Positions 46,863-59,600 of a stretch of 64,000 nucleotides of DNA are shown piece by piece. The notes below the pieces were generated by a model that saw nothing but the letters and a program-made list of their open reading frames with translations, was not told the origin of the DNA and did not search any database. Origin of the DNA: Carpediemonas membranifera BICM (taxonomy: Eukaryota; Protista; Fornicata). The translations under genes and the position numbers were made by a program. The stretch is taken from assembly GCA_019828565.1 (NCBI GenBank), contig JAHDYR010000011.1, positions 133,072-197,071 of the forward strand, given 5' to 3'. Within the stretch, counting starts at the first letter, position 1. Each line of letters opens with the position of its first letter.

Positions 46863-47553
46863 CGCCTATTGTGCTTCTCTGCCGCTCTGTTCCCCAGAAC
46901 TTGATTAACCCCGTTCAGTTGTGTCCAGATTTTCGAGCATCACCTTGGCGGTAATCACTGTCAGACGACCAGTAGAACGCGGCAGCGTGATCTATCCTAC
47001 ATATGCTCCTCCCGTGTCCCTTTATTTACCCCGCACCGACCTGTCCGTCGTCATCACCGCCTGATTGACCACCCAGGAACTGCGTAAAGAGAATCCACCG
47101 TTTTCTAATCGTTTCCAACGGATGTACCCTGGCCTGATGTCTTCATTGCGCGCCTCTGAATCTAATTGACCAATCAAATCAGAATTAGATCCCGTATCTG
47201 ACCCGATCGAGATATGAAACCGGGCGGGAGCGAGACCCGGGACAACAAGCGCTGCAGATGGCGCTCACCGCCTACGATAATCACAGGTCATGCGGATGAG
47301 GGTTCCTGAATCTTGCTAAATAATGGTGGATCGCGTCTGATCTTGTTGCCGAAGTAGATTTCGGCGCAGGTTTAGTTCTCACCAGTCTGGGATTAGATCT
47401 TGTAAGTCGACAAATAGCCTCTGCATGGGCTCCGCAACACTCACTAGTGGTTCACCAGCATCATAGCTGGTTCCTTTGAGATCTGATGCTCAGCCTAGAC
47501 GGTCTTCGTGTGTCCACGCGGAGGCGAATCATTCCTGCGCAATTACACAGAAA

Positions 47554-49940
47554 ATGCCCGCTGATCACGCTTGCAACAGTTTGTTATCGCCATTTAACCT
47601 TCTTACCTCAGTGGATAAGGCGTTCGTCGCCAACCAGAAGCCTTTCGACATCCGCGATGAGCCCGATGAGTTCCTCAACCGCGTTATCGACCGCGTCGTC
47701 ATCTCTGACATCATCACCGAGCTCCGCGTGATGGTTCCTCACATCGCTAAGTACTGCGAGCCCGGCCAGTTCGTCATTGTCCGCGTTGACGAGCGCGCTG
47801 AGCGTATCCCCCTCACCATCGCCGATTTCAACGCCGAGGAGGGTTGGATCAGCCTCGTCATCCAGCACGTTGGCTTCTCCTCCACCAAGATCGCTGGCCT
47901 TCAGCCCGGCGCTCGCTTCCTCGACGTCGTCGGGCCCCTGGGCAAGATGTCTGAGGTCGAGAAGTTCGACGGCACCGTCATCACCGTTGCTGGTGGCCTC
48001 GGCGTCGCCCCCGTCTTCCCCATCCTCCGCAAGATGAAGCAAGCTGGTAACAAGACCATCTCGATCATGGGTGCTCGCGACAAGGACCTCATCTTCTGGG
48101 AAGACAAGATGGCTGAGTGGGCCGACGAGCAGATCATCTGCACCGATAACGGCTCCTACGGCCGCAAGGGCTTCGTCACTGACGCCCTCAAGGAGGTCCT
48201 CGAGCGCAAGGACGAGAAGTTCGCCCTCGTTGTCGCTATCGGCCCGCCCATCATGATGAAGTTCGTCTCCAAGACCTCTGAGCCCTTCGGCGTCCACACC
48301 GTGGTCTCGCTCAACACCGTCATGGTCGACGGTACTGGCATGGTTCGTATAACCCCCTCCTTTCCCTAACACAGTGCGGCGGCTGCCGTGTGACTGTCGG
48401 CGACGACGTCATGTTCACCTGCGTCGACGGCCCCGAGTTTGACGGCCACAAGGTCCAGTGGGACGAGATGCTCTCCCGTCTCCAGACGTACAAGGAGCCC
48501 GAGGACAAGATGCGTCCCCTCGGCGGCAAGGAGAAGAAGATGGGCAAGGCAAAGGCCTCTGGCCCCACCCCCATGCCCCACCAGGAGCCTGCTTTCCGTG
48601 TGACCAACTTCGACGAGGTCGCCCTCGGCTACACCCCCACCATGGCCGTCTCTGAGGCCAACCGCTGCATCCAGTGCCGCGACCCCGCCTGCCAGCGCGG
48701 CTGCCCCGTCGGCATCGACATCAAGGGCTTCATCGGCAAGATCCAGGAGGGTGACTTCCTCGGTGCCGACGCCGTGATCAAGCAGACCAACCCCGCCGGC
48801 CGTATCTCTGGCCGTGTGTGCCCCCAGGAGTCCCAGTGCCAGCAGGTCGGCGACAAGATTGGCTGCATCTACGCCAAGAAGGGCAAGTCCATCCAGATCG
48901 GCCGCCTCGAGCGCTTCGTCTCGGACTACGCCGCTGACCACGGCAAGCTCGACGTCACCAAGCCCGAGCCCACCGGCAAGACCGTCGCCATCATCGGCGC
49001 CGGCCCCGCTGGTATCGTCTGCGCCGCTGAGTGCGCCAAGGCTGGCCACAAGGTCACCATGTTCGAGGCCCTCTCCAACCCCGGCGGTGTCCTCGTCTAC
49101 GGCATCCCCCAGTTCCGTCTCCCCAAGGAGATCGTCGCCCGTGAGATTGACTACATCCGCGCCCTCGGTGTCAACATCCGCACCAACTTCCCCGTCGGCC
49201 AGGCCTCCTCCGGCCCCGAGCTGTGCGACAACTTCGACGCCGTCTTCATTGGCACCGGCGCCGGCCTCCCCTGGATGCTTAACATCCCTGGCGAGAACCT
49301 CAAGGGCGTCTACTCCTCGAACGAGTTCCTCACCCGCGTCAACCTCATGAAGGCCTACCGCTACCCCGACTACCAGACCCCTGTCCTCCACGGCCGTAAC
49401 GTCTGCATCGTTGGCGGTGGCAACGTCGCCTGCGATGCTGCCCGTTGCGCTCTCCGCCTCGGTGCTGACAACGTCTACATGGTCTACCGCCGCACCCGCG
49501 CCGAGATGCCCGCTCGTCTTGAGGAGATCGAGCACGCCATCGAGGAGGGCGTCCAGGTCAAGGAGCTGTGCTCGCCCCTCGAGTGCATCGGCGACGACAT
49601 GGGCCGCATGTCTGGCCTCAAGGTCCGCAAGATGATGCTCGGTGAGGCCGACGCCTCTGGCCGTCGCCGCCCCATTGAGACCGACGAGACTGAGGTCATC
49701 GAGGCCGACCAGCTCGTTGTCGCCATCGGGCAGGGTCCCAACCCCATGCTCCTCCGCTCCTGGCCCGAGCTCGCCCTTAACCAGCGCGGTAACGTCATCG
49801 CTGATGACGAGACCTGCCAGACCAACCTCAAGGGCGTCTACGCTGGCGGTGACATAAGTTCCGGTGCTTCTACTGTAATCAGCGCCTTTGGTGCTGGTCG
49901 CCGTGCTGGGCAGCACATCAACGAGCTCCTCGCTGAGTAA
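47554..49940 (+). CDS. nfnAB: NfnA-NfnB (SudB-SudA type) fusion: NADH-dependent ferredoxin:NADP+ oxidoreductase
   Basis: PGQFVIVR, ERIPLTI, GPLG, GGLGVAP, DGTGM^CGGCR...CVDGPEF (split by intron 48343-48374), then RCIQC..ACQRGCP, GRVCPQESQC, IGRLERF, GAGPAG, YGIPQFRLP, GGGNVA, YRRT, YAGGD. Confidence 0.93.
47579..47611 (+). other. Probable 33-nt in-frame intron
   Basis: GTTTGT...CTTACCTCAG; T-rich within a C-biased CDS. Confidence 0.6.
48343..48374 (+). other. 32-nt spliceosomal intron
   Basis: GTTCGT...CTAACACAG; removal restores DGTGMCGGCR and fuses the two ORFs. Confidence 0.95.
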
Positions 49941-50214
49941 GGTGATTGATAAACTGATAGCTTAATGCCGCACGCTGTGCGCGCACAACTGTGTAGTTGG
50001 GTTGGGTCTACCCCGGCTTGGATCCTCTGAGACACCAGGTCTTACGGCGCTTGCCACCCCCTCTCTTGCTGATGAGGGCGAGAGATAATTCCGCCAGCTG
50101 CTTCAAGGCATGTCGACGTTCGACTTCACCCTGGTTGTAAACTTACCTTACAGTTGCTCCCGGTGCTTCTACAGTAATCAGCGCCTTTGGTGCTGGTCGC
50201 CGTGCTGGGCAGCA
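49861..50214. repeat. 55-bp duplication of the nfnAB 3' coding segment (49861-49915 ~ 50160-50214)
   Basis: One mismatch seen, at a synonymous third position (ACT/ACA). Confidence 0.85.
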
Positions 50215-50634
50215 ACGGCGGGATAGAGCGTTGACAAAACGCTGACAGTATTGGCGTTGGGTCGGCTTCAGCCTCCCCGGCCTGGGCGCGGGACTGCATG
50301 GCCTTCTTCGAGCCAACCCTGATGACGAGGAAGGTGAAGCCGACAATAGCAACTACCACGCTGAAGAGGAATACAAAGAGAAGATCGAGAAATGCGATCA
50401 TCAGGCCGCACATGCCCGAGTCACGACAAGAGTCACAATCATCTTCACAATTTTCAACAGAGCCCACGGAGATGCGAGCCGTGTGATGTGTTGGTCACCC
50501 CAGGCTGCTGTTGTAGCTGCCAGTGGCTTTATGGTTAGCAGTCGAGTGTTTATCAAAAAGTTGTGCCCGAAGCCCGGCGACCAGGGATTTCATCGGCGCC
50601 CCCCTGCCGCACCCAACACTCAGTAACCACAAGC

Positions 50635-51266
50635 CTACTCCTTCGGCGGGTGCAGCAACGCCACATAAAGATCCTCGATCTTCTTCTTCTCCGCCGCCCT
50701 GGTCTCGCCCTCCATGGATTGGACCCAGCCCTCCCTCGCCTTGATCTCCTCCATGATCTGATCCTCCCACTCCTCCTGGAACGTCTTCTTCCTCTCCACC
50801 GGTTTCGGCTGGGTCACACTGGCTCTAGAGACTTGGCTCGGGCCCGCTGTCCGGCCATACATCGCTTGACGATGGGCCCACTCGTCCTTCATCGCCTCAC
50901 GATCCTGTCCGGGCTCACGAGGCATCCGCTTGTTCGTAATATAGTCTGCTTTGTTCGCTTCATACTCGGCTTCGATCTCTTGCTTCGTCTTGATCCTCAT
51001 GTGCCGTGTTGGCATCTGGGCTGCATAAGCTTGATTCTAGTATGGATGGAAAACATACGCTTTGGATCTGGCTGGATGTGAGCAACATGGCGGTGCTGCA
51101 GGCGAGTTGGAAGCTGCCCTGAACTCTTAAGGCCGGTGCTGATCTCTCTTTGACGAGCCTGAGATAAGCCAGCCTTTTTCATCATCGAATTGAGCAATTG
51201 CTGTGTATCCTGAACCATATCCGCTTCAAACGTGCTCTTCGGCAGAGTATTGGCAGATTTGCGCAT
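50635..51266 (-). CDS. UPF0193 (C22orf23/EVG1-like) protein with intron 51021-51058
   Basis: TQQLLNSMMKKAGLS..Q.REI...L...GQLP and IMEEIKAR..W..SM; a 38-nt GTATGT...CTTATGCAG intron joins the two ORFs; ends uncertain. Confidence 0.65.
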
Positions 51267-51498
51267 AAGCGACGAAAACGGCTAGTTGTAGCGGGAGAAC
51301 ATCGTGCGTCTGGTTTGGCTTTCAGCCTCGTTGTAGATGTTCATGCTACCGGTGGCAGCCTCACCAAGGCACATGCAAGGCACATGAAACAATTCATAGA
51401 ATGCGGGTCTGGGAGGAAGAGCAAACCACGATATGTTGCTATGCTGTATCACAAGGCGCCAACTACCCAGATTTTGCGACAAAAGTTTGCCGCAGTTT

Positions 51499-51962
51499 AT
51501 GCACATCAGACTCTGTGAAGACAAAACTCTGGGAGAAATGATAGAAGCGCTGCATGAGGCCTTGAATCAGATTGCAAAATATGAGTTACAGCTTTCAGCC
51601 AATAATGTCGCGATTGCAAGGCTTGAGGCTGACAAGAAACGCCTCGTTAAGGAGAAAACTGAGATGGAGGCGAAATCAACACATCAAAAGCACCAAACGC
51701 AGCAGACTACACCACGAACGCAGCTAAGCGAAGTACGAAAGACCCAAGTGGACTTTATTCGAGGTCAGATTGCCACAACCAATACCAAGATCGAGCAACT
51801 GTTCGTATTGAAAACACATACTGCTCACATAGCACTAAAGACCTCGCTGCTGCACGTCAAGAGCTTTCACAGCTACGGGATAAGCAGCTGGCGGCAAACC
51901 CGGAGATTCTGGACCCCTTTCAAGACAGCATCAATGAGGCACTTTTCGACAGCGATGAGTGA
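51499..51962 (+). CDS. Small coiled-coil protein with intron 51801-51832
   Basis: Removing the 32-nt GTTCGT...CTCACATAG intron continues the coil (LTKDLAAARQEL) to TGA 51962; start uncertain. Confidence 0.6.
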
Positions 51963-52069
51963 TTTAGATGATAGAATCGGTGTCTTAGACTCGTATTGAG
52001 GTACATACTATGCTTTTTGGGCAGGATAAATGACTCGCATTTTTGGGCAAGAAAATCACAATCGTTGCA

Positions 52070-52996
52070 ATGGGTGTCTTCAAGCGCTCCAAGAAGTATG
52101 AAAAGAGCGATTCGACACCAGAAACGGATAATAAGAGCGACGAGGCTATCGTTCGCGCCCGTCTCCAGACAATGAAGGTTGCACCGGTGTTTTCCCCAGA
52201 CTGGCAGAAGAACCACGCCGCTCTTCGCGCAATCGCCAAAGTAGCAGCAGTAGAGCAGAGCAAGCCCGATAACTCCCCCACGAACACGCTATGGGAGCGC
52301 GAAGAGTTTGTTGTCCGCCTAGTTCTTGAATCCGCCAAGCTGACGATCATTCTGACCCTCCTCACCGAGTCATTCGACGAAGAGGAGCGCATCATGGACG
52401 TAGCAGTCCTTGAGAAGGCGGGGAAGATGATGGGCTGCACCTCTAAGGCAGCCGTGGCCGAGTACTATCAATACCGCTCCAACCTGTGCCTCCTCTTCAA
52501 GTGCTGTCTTGACTATGTCGAGTCCGTTCAGCTCATTGACCTGACTATTCTTGTCAGGCTCATGGCTCGGAACTTTGGTCGAATTATTGACAACAGACTT
52601 GACGCTGGTCAGGCCAAATCTATCTTCATGTTCCAGATCTTTTATATGTATAACATCGGGCGTAGAATTGAGGAGATCAATAGTGCCAAGGTCATCGCGG
52701 CGATTATCGAATCAGATTGCATGCGTCTATACCTTGACTGCCTATTCAACCATCGCGACCTGATCTCCCAGGAGATTTTGATCACAGCCTTTGAAGGACT
52801 CAGCGCTTTATCCGACTCCGAGGCTTTCCAGGACGTTTTACCGCAGATTATTGACGTCGAGTGCGCCAAAATGATTACGTCAAACGACGCTGAGGTGCTG
52901 CAGCCGATTCTTGCGATTCCAGAGGAGAATCTGAGATTATCTCCGCTAATTGACCTGATCAACCACAGCTACAAGGTCATGGACGACCAACAGTGA
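52070..52996 (+). CDS. Hypothetical alpha-helical protein
   Basis: 308-aa ORF with native codon usage. Confidence 0.7.
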   Translation: MGVFKRSKKYEKSDSTPETDNKSDEAIVRARLQTMKVAPVFSPDWQKNHAALRAIAKVAAVEQSKPDNSPTNTLWEREEFVVRLVLESAKLTIILTLLTESFDEEERIMDVAVLEKAGKMMGCTSKAAVAEYYQYRSNLCLLFKCCLDYVESVQLIDLTILVRLMARNFGRIIDNRLDAGQAKSIFMFQIFYMYNIGRRIEEINSAKVIAAIIESDCMRLYLDCLFNHRDLISQEILITAFEGLSALSDSEAFQDVLPQIIDVECAKMITSNDAEVLQPILAIPEENLRLSPLIDLINHSYKVMDDQQ

Positions 52997-53672
52997 AGGC
53001 TGGTGGATGATTGGACATAAACTGCACTGTCGTGAAAGTGGAGTTTTGAGGATTGTGGCTGTCTTTGGCGAGTGATATGTAGCTGGCATGGATAAATGAG
53101 GGAAGTGATGCTTCCTTGTTGATGGTCTCGCTTGGCGCATGTCTCGCTGCAGTGGATGTTCGACAGATCCGGGATAACACCCACACTGATCCACAACTGA
53201 AGGAATCAAGACGGGCCATTCCGATGATGGCAGCATTAAGGGATGCGTTTGGACTCGGTATTGAGCTGGGTCGCATGGCGAAGGTGCCAACAGTTCTTGG
53301 TCTTGGGCAAGCAGATTTACAGTTTCGACCGTCATATTGTTTGACATCCGATGTCAGCATGTCACAACTCAATATCTCAAAGTGAATAGAAACAGGTCCA
53401 TGCGCACAGTTGATGAAGTACCGATACGTGGTGGCCGCGGGTCTCTGGCGGAAGACGGCCGGCGGAGACCCAACCAGCCTTCATGGCGGAATGGCAATAT
53501 GAACAGCGGCGGGCAAGGTAGCAATAGTTTCAGAGAATCGCAGCAGCGGTTATTGGGATGTGAACCCGTCTACTCGTCGCGTTTCGAGTCATTTTCATTG
53601 CGAATAATTTTTTCTTGCAAAAACTCGTTTTCACACCTCAACAACCCATCTAGCCATCAACAGACTGCACGA

Positions 53673-56600
53673 ATGGACGCCGAAAAGTTAGAACGGCTTC
53701 GGCAGCAGAAGAAGGCTATAATGAGTGAGAGACAATCGTCTGCCGACAAATTCTCATCGCTTATGGACCGTAAGGACAAGCTGGCCGCTTTCAAGGCCTC
53801 TCGCACACAGGGCTCCCCGAAGACAGCTAATCCAGCGAAGAAGATCTCTTCTAAGCCCCCGACACCACGTGCCTCGAGCGTTACTTCCGTCAAGGCAGCC
53901 GCCCAGGAAATGCCCCAACGCCAAGCGTCCCCAGCTGCGCTCAAGCCCTCGCCTAAGGTACCTACCCCCACCAACCGTCCCGCCCCAGTCTCTACAAGCG
54001 ACCCAATCCTTCTTGACGAGGGCAACGCGAGATTCCAGTCTCAGATCCAGGACATGCGGGCCAAGCTGGAAGAGGAGAAGCGCCAGTTCGAGGCGTACGT
54101 CAAAGAGGCCGCCGATAACCGCATCAAGGAGGAAATTGATCACATCGAAGCCCGCGAGCTCGCCCGCCGCAGGGAAGACGAGGAAGCGCGCGAGGAGTTT
54201 GAGAAGGACCTCCGCGATCGCCACGAGGCTCTCAAGGCCAAGTACATCGCCCAGCTCGAAGAGGATAAGCGTGCAGTGAAGCTCGACTATGACAGACGCA
54301 TGCTTGAGAAGGACCAAGAGATCCTGACAATCAAGCGAAACGCCCAGAGCGAGGCCGAGAAGGCCGTGGCTGACCGCGAGGCTGAGCTACAGGAGCTGGA
54401 GTCTAACCTCCGCAACGAGATCGACGCAGAGAGGGTCAGACTGACCGAGAAGGAGAACGACATGCGCACGAAGCTCAAGGCCGACCTTAACGCCATGAGC
54501 AGCCGCGTCCACGCAGACTACGTCGGCCAGATGGAGCGTCTCCGCGAAGAGCTCAAGAGAGAGCGCGAGGCGATGGCTGAGGAACAAGACGAGGTCATCC
54601 AGAGGTACGAGCAGATGCGGCTCGAGGCACTGCGCCAGGCCGACTTTAAGCGGAAGAAGTACGAGGCCAAGGTGCGCCAGGAGGCCACAGCTCAGATCGA
54701 AAAGGCAGACACCAAGCGCATGGAGTACGAGGCTCAGATCAGGGCCGAGGCGAACGAGGAGATCGAGAAGCTGCGCACAGCGAACGAACAGGCCCTCGCT
54801 CAGGCCCGTAAGAAGGTGATCGCCCAGTTTGAGGCCAAGCGCGAGACTATCCGCAAGGAGGCTGACCAGCGCATTCTCATGGCCGAGGCAGACGCCGACG
54901 CCCGAGTCAAGGCGGCCGAGGAGAAGGCTAAGGCCGACTACGAGAAGTCTCGGGAAGAGGTTGAGCTCATGCGTCAGAACCTAGAGGAGCAGCGCCGGGG
55001 GCTTCTGGATCAGATGAAGGAAGACACCCGTAAGGCCGTGGAAGCCGAGTTTGACCGTATTCAGGAGGCTGAGGTCATCCGCCGCAAGGAGGACGAGGCC
55101 GCTCGTGAGACTTACGAGAAGAGCGTCCGCGAGAAGTACGAGGCCCTTAAGGCCAAGTACCTCGCCCAGCTCGAGGAGCAGAAGGAGGCCTACAAGGCCG
55201 ACTACGAGACCGTGCTCGCCGAGAAGGACACTGAGATCGCCACGTTCAAACAGACCATTGAGAGTGACGCCCAGAAGACCATCTCCGACCACGACGCCGA
55301 GCTCAAGAAGCTCGAGGCCACCCTCCGCGCCGAGATCGACGCCGAGCGTGTTGCCCTCGCTTTGAAGGAAACCGAGCTTCGCGCTTCTCTTCAGGACGAG
55401 AGTTCCACGATGCGCCAGGCCATTCACAGCGAGTACGCCGAGAAGATGGAGAAGTTCCGGGCCGAGCTCAAGGCCGAGCGCGAGGAGCTCGCCAAGGAGC
55501 AGGATGCTGTCATGATTCGCTACGAGCAGATGCGCACCGAGTACATGGAGCAGACTGAGGTCAAGAACCGCGAGTACGAGGCCAAGGTCCGCGCCGAGGC
55601 AAACGAGGACATCGAGAAGGTCCGCAAGGCCGGCGAGACCGAGATCTGCGAGGCCCGCAAGAAGATCGTCGCCGAGTTCGAGGCCCAGCGCGATGCCATC
55701 CGAGCCGAGGCCGACGCCCGCATCGCCAAGGCCCAGGCCGCCAACGACGAGAAGCTCAAGGCCGCCGAGGACCGCGTCGCCGCTGAGTACGTCAAGGCTC
55801 ACGCCGAGATCGAGCAGATGCGCGTCGCGCTCGAGGAGCAGAAGCGCGAGTTCGAGGCCGAGATGAAGGAGTACGCGAAGAAGTCCATCGACACCGAGGT
55901 CGACCGTATTCAGGAGGCTGAGGTCATCCGCCGCAAGGAGGACGAGGCCGCTCGTGAGACTTACGAGAAGAGCGTCCGCGAGAAGTACGAGGCCCTGAAG
56001 GCCAAGTACCTCGCCCAGCTCGAGGAGCAGAAGGAGGCCTACAAGGCCGACTACGAGACCGTGCTCGCCGAGAAGGACACTGAGATCGCCACGTTCAAAC
56101 AGACCATTGAGAGTGACGCCCAGAAGACCATCTCCGACCACGACGCCGAGCTCAAGAAGCTCGAGGCCACCCTCCGCGCCGAGATCGACGCCGAGCGTGT
56201 TGCCCTCGCTTTGAAGGAAACCGAGCTTCGCGCTTCTCTTCAGGACGAGAGTTCCACGATGCGCCAGGCCATTCACAGCGAGTACGCCGAGAAGATGGAG
56301 AAGTTCCGGGCCGAGCTCAAGGCCGAGCGCGAGGAGCTCGCCAAGGAGCAGGATGCTATCATGATTCGCTACGAGCAGATGCGCACCGAGTACATGGAGC
56401 AGACTGAGGTCAAGAACCGCGAGTACGAGGCCAAGGTCCGCGCCGAGGCAAACGAGGACATCGAGAAGGTCCGCAAGGCCGGCGAGACCGAGATCTGCGA
56501 GGCCCGCAAGAAGATCGTCGCCGAGTTCGAGGCCCAGCGCGATGCCATCCGAGCCGAGGCCGACGCCCGCATCGCCAAGGCCCAGGCCGCCAACGACGAG

Positions 56601-59600
56601 AAGCTCAAGGCCGCCGAGGACCGCGTCGCCGCTGAGTACGTCAAGGCTCACGCCGAGATCGAGCAGATGCGCGTCGCGCTCGAGGAGCAGAAGCGCGAGT
56701 TCGAGGCCGAGATGAAGGAGTACGCGAAGAAGTCCATCGACACCGAGGTCGACCGTATTCAGGAGGCTGAGGTCATCCGCCGCAAGGAGGACGAGGCCGC
56801 TCGTGAGACTTACGAGAAGAGCGTCCGCGAGAAGTACGAGGCCCTTAAGGCCAAGTACCTCGCCCAGCTCGAGGAGCAGAAGGAGGCCTACAAGGCCGAC
56901 TACGAGACCGTGCTCGCCGAGAAGGACACTGAGATCGCCACGTTCAAACAGACCATTGAGAGTGACGCCCAGAAGACCATCTCCGACCACGACGCCGAGC
57001 TCAAGAAGCTCGAGGCCACCCTCCGCGCCGAGATCGACGCCGAGCGTGTTGCCCTCGCTGAGAAGGAAACCGAGCTTCGCGACGCTGTTGCGGAGGAGAC
57101 AAGCAAGATCCATGACGAGCTTCACGCCAAGTACTCGGCGCAAATGGCCGAGCTCCACAAGAAGGTCAAGGCCGAGCGCGACACCGTCATGGCCGACCAG
57201 GCTGAGATCATCAAGCGCTACGAGCAGATGCGCACCGAGTACATGGAGCAGACTGAGGTCAAGAACCGCGAGTACGAGGCCAAGGTCCGCGCCGAGGCAA
57301 ACGAGGACATCGAGAAGGTCCGCAAGGCCGGCGAGACCGAGATCTGCGAGGCCCGCAAGAAGATCGTCGCCGAGTTCGAGGCCCAGCGCGATGCCATCCG
57401 AGCCGAGGCCGACGCCCGCATCGCCAAGGCCCAGGCCGCCAACGACGAGAAGCTCAAGGCCGCCGAGGACCGCGTCGCCGCTGAGTACGTCAAGGCTCAC
57501 GCCGAGATCGAGCAGATGCGCGTCGCGCTCGAGGAGCAGAAGCGCGAGTTCGAGGCCGAGATGAAGGAGTACGCGAAGAAGTCCATCGACACCGAGGTCG
57601 ACCGCATCCAGGCCGCCGAGCTTATCCGCCGCAAGGAGGACGAGGCCGCTCGTGAGACTTACGAGAAGAGCGTCCGCGAGAAGTACGAGGCCCTTAAGGC
57701 CAAGTACCTCGCACAGCTCGAGGAGCAGAAGGAGGCCTACAAGGCCGACTTCGACAGCCGCCTCATGCAGGCCGAGGAGGCCCATGCCGTCAACCTGGTC
57801 GCCGCTAAGGCCTCGCTCGACTCTGAACGCGCCGCTCTTCTCGCCAACGACCGCGAACGCCGCGCCACTCTTGACGCTGACCGCCGTACCTTCGAGAACT
57901 CAATCAGAGACCGCTACAACGCCCTTCGCCGCAGCGACATTGAAGCCGACGACGCAGCTCGCGCCTCCCTCCGCGCCGAGCTCGAGGCACAGCGTGCTTC
58001 CATGGCAGCAGAGATGGCCGAATACGAACAGACTGTCCGTGCCTCTCTCCTCTCTGACGAACGAGACATGCGGCTTCGGTTCGAGAAGCACCTCCAGGAA
58101 GCCCAGGCCCAGCTCCAGACGGAGCTCGCTGCCCGGGAAGAAGAATGGGCCCAGCGCCACGAGGACCTCATTGCTGACGAACAGCACCGCGTCAAGGCCG
58201 TCCACGACGAGGCCGTGGCTCACGAACAAGCCCTCCGTGCCCAACTCAGGGACGAGCTGGCCGCTGCTGAGCTTGTTATGAGGGATCGCGCACACAAGGG
58301 CAAGGTCATCATGGAGGAGGAGCTCCGCGAGCACAAGAAGGCACTCGAAGCTCGCCGTAGAGAGCTCGAGCTCGAGCAGCAGACGTACGAGGCAGGCATC
58401 CGTGCGAAGTACGACGCCATGGCCCAGCAGCTCCAGGGCCAGCACGACGACCTCCTCGCACAGTACAAGAGGCAGCTCGACGCCGAGTACCAGGACCTCA
58501 AGAACGGACTCGTCAAGGAGAGAGCGGCGGTGGAGAACGATAAGTCCGCATGGATGGCTGGCCAACGTACCCTGCTCGCCAGAGAGCGGGAGGGGATGAT
58601 CGCCGAGGCCCAGGGCCTCATCGCCAAGGAGCAGGACCGCATCGCTGCCGAGAGAGACAAGCTTGCGGTCGCCCAGCGCGAGGCAGTCACGCGCATGGAG
58701 CTTGAGGCCGTCGAGGCTGAGAGACGCCGCGCAGACGCCCTCGAGGAGCGCATGCAGCACTGGTCCGACCAGCAGGACAAGATCCTCGCCGCCAAGCTCG
58801 CGGAGAAGGACAACGCCGTCGCCGCGGCCCAGAAAACGCTCCAATCCCGCCTGGCGCAGCACGAGAAGAAGATGGCCGAGCTGAGGTCCGAGACGGACAA
58901 GAAGGCGCAGGCCAGGATCGCCGCTGCCCAGACAGCCTTTGATAACAAGGTACTCGAGCTCAAACACGCTGCAGAGAGGTCCCGCAAGCAGTATATCGAG
59001 GAGGAGGCTGAGAAGCGCCGCCACACTGTCGCCGAGAACGCTGCAGACATGGCCAAGCTCAAGGAGGAGCTTGCCGACGAGAAGGCAGCATTCGAGGCGG
59101 CCCAGGCCCTCCGTCTTCGCTCAATGAAGGACTCGCTCGACGAGGACCGCCGCCTCCTCAAGGAAGCCGACGTCAAGCGCCAGAAGGCCACCCAGGATGC
59201 CCAGGATGAGTTCGAGGCCACCGTGCGTGCCCGCTACATGGCCAATGAGGTCCAGCTCGAGGATACACTCAAGGCAAAGTACCGCGAGTACGCCGCCGAG
59301 CAGGATAAGAAGTGGGAAGGCATTGTTGCCGACGTCAAGCGCAGATGGGACGATGAACGCGAACACACTGCCAAGACGGCCGCCCTTCGCGAATCCGAGC
59401 TCCAAGCCGAGAAGACCGCGTGGGAGGCGACCATCAGAACCGACACGACCCACCTCATTGAAGAGGCGGCCGAGCTCAGGAACGCCCAGCTCGAGGAGGT
59501 CCGCAGGGAGCACGCGGCAGAGCTCAAGAGGGAGCGTGAGGCCCATGCCGCGGCTCTGGAGGAGCAGGTCATCGCAGTCACACGTCGCGAGGCTGACCTC

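Noticed and set aside
50060-50100. Hammerhead ribozyme (CTGATGAG)
   Set aside because: No GAAA core after a stem II
50140-50260. U1 snRNA (ACTTACCT)
   Set aside because: No U1-70K loop or Sm site seen; the downstream sequence is a copy of nfnAB coding DNA
55053-57750. CRISPR-like or satellite array
   Set aside because: In-frame protein-coding repeat with no spacers
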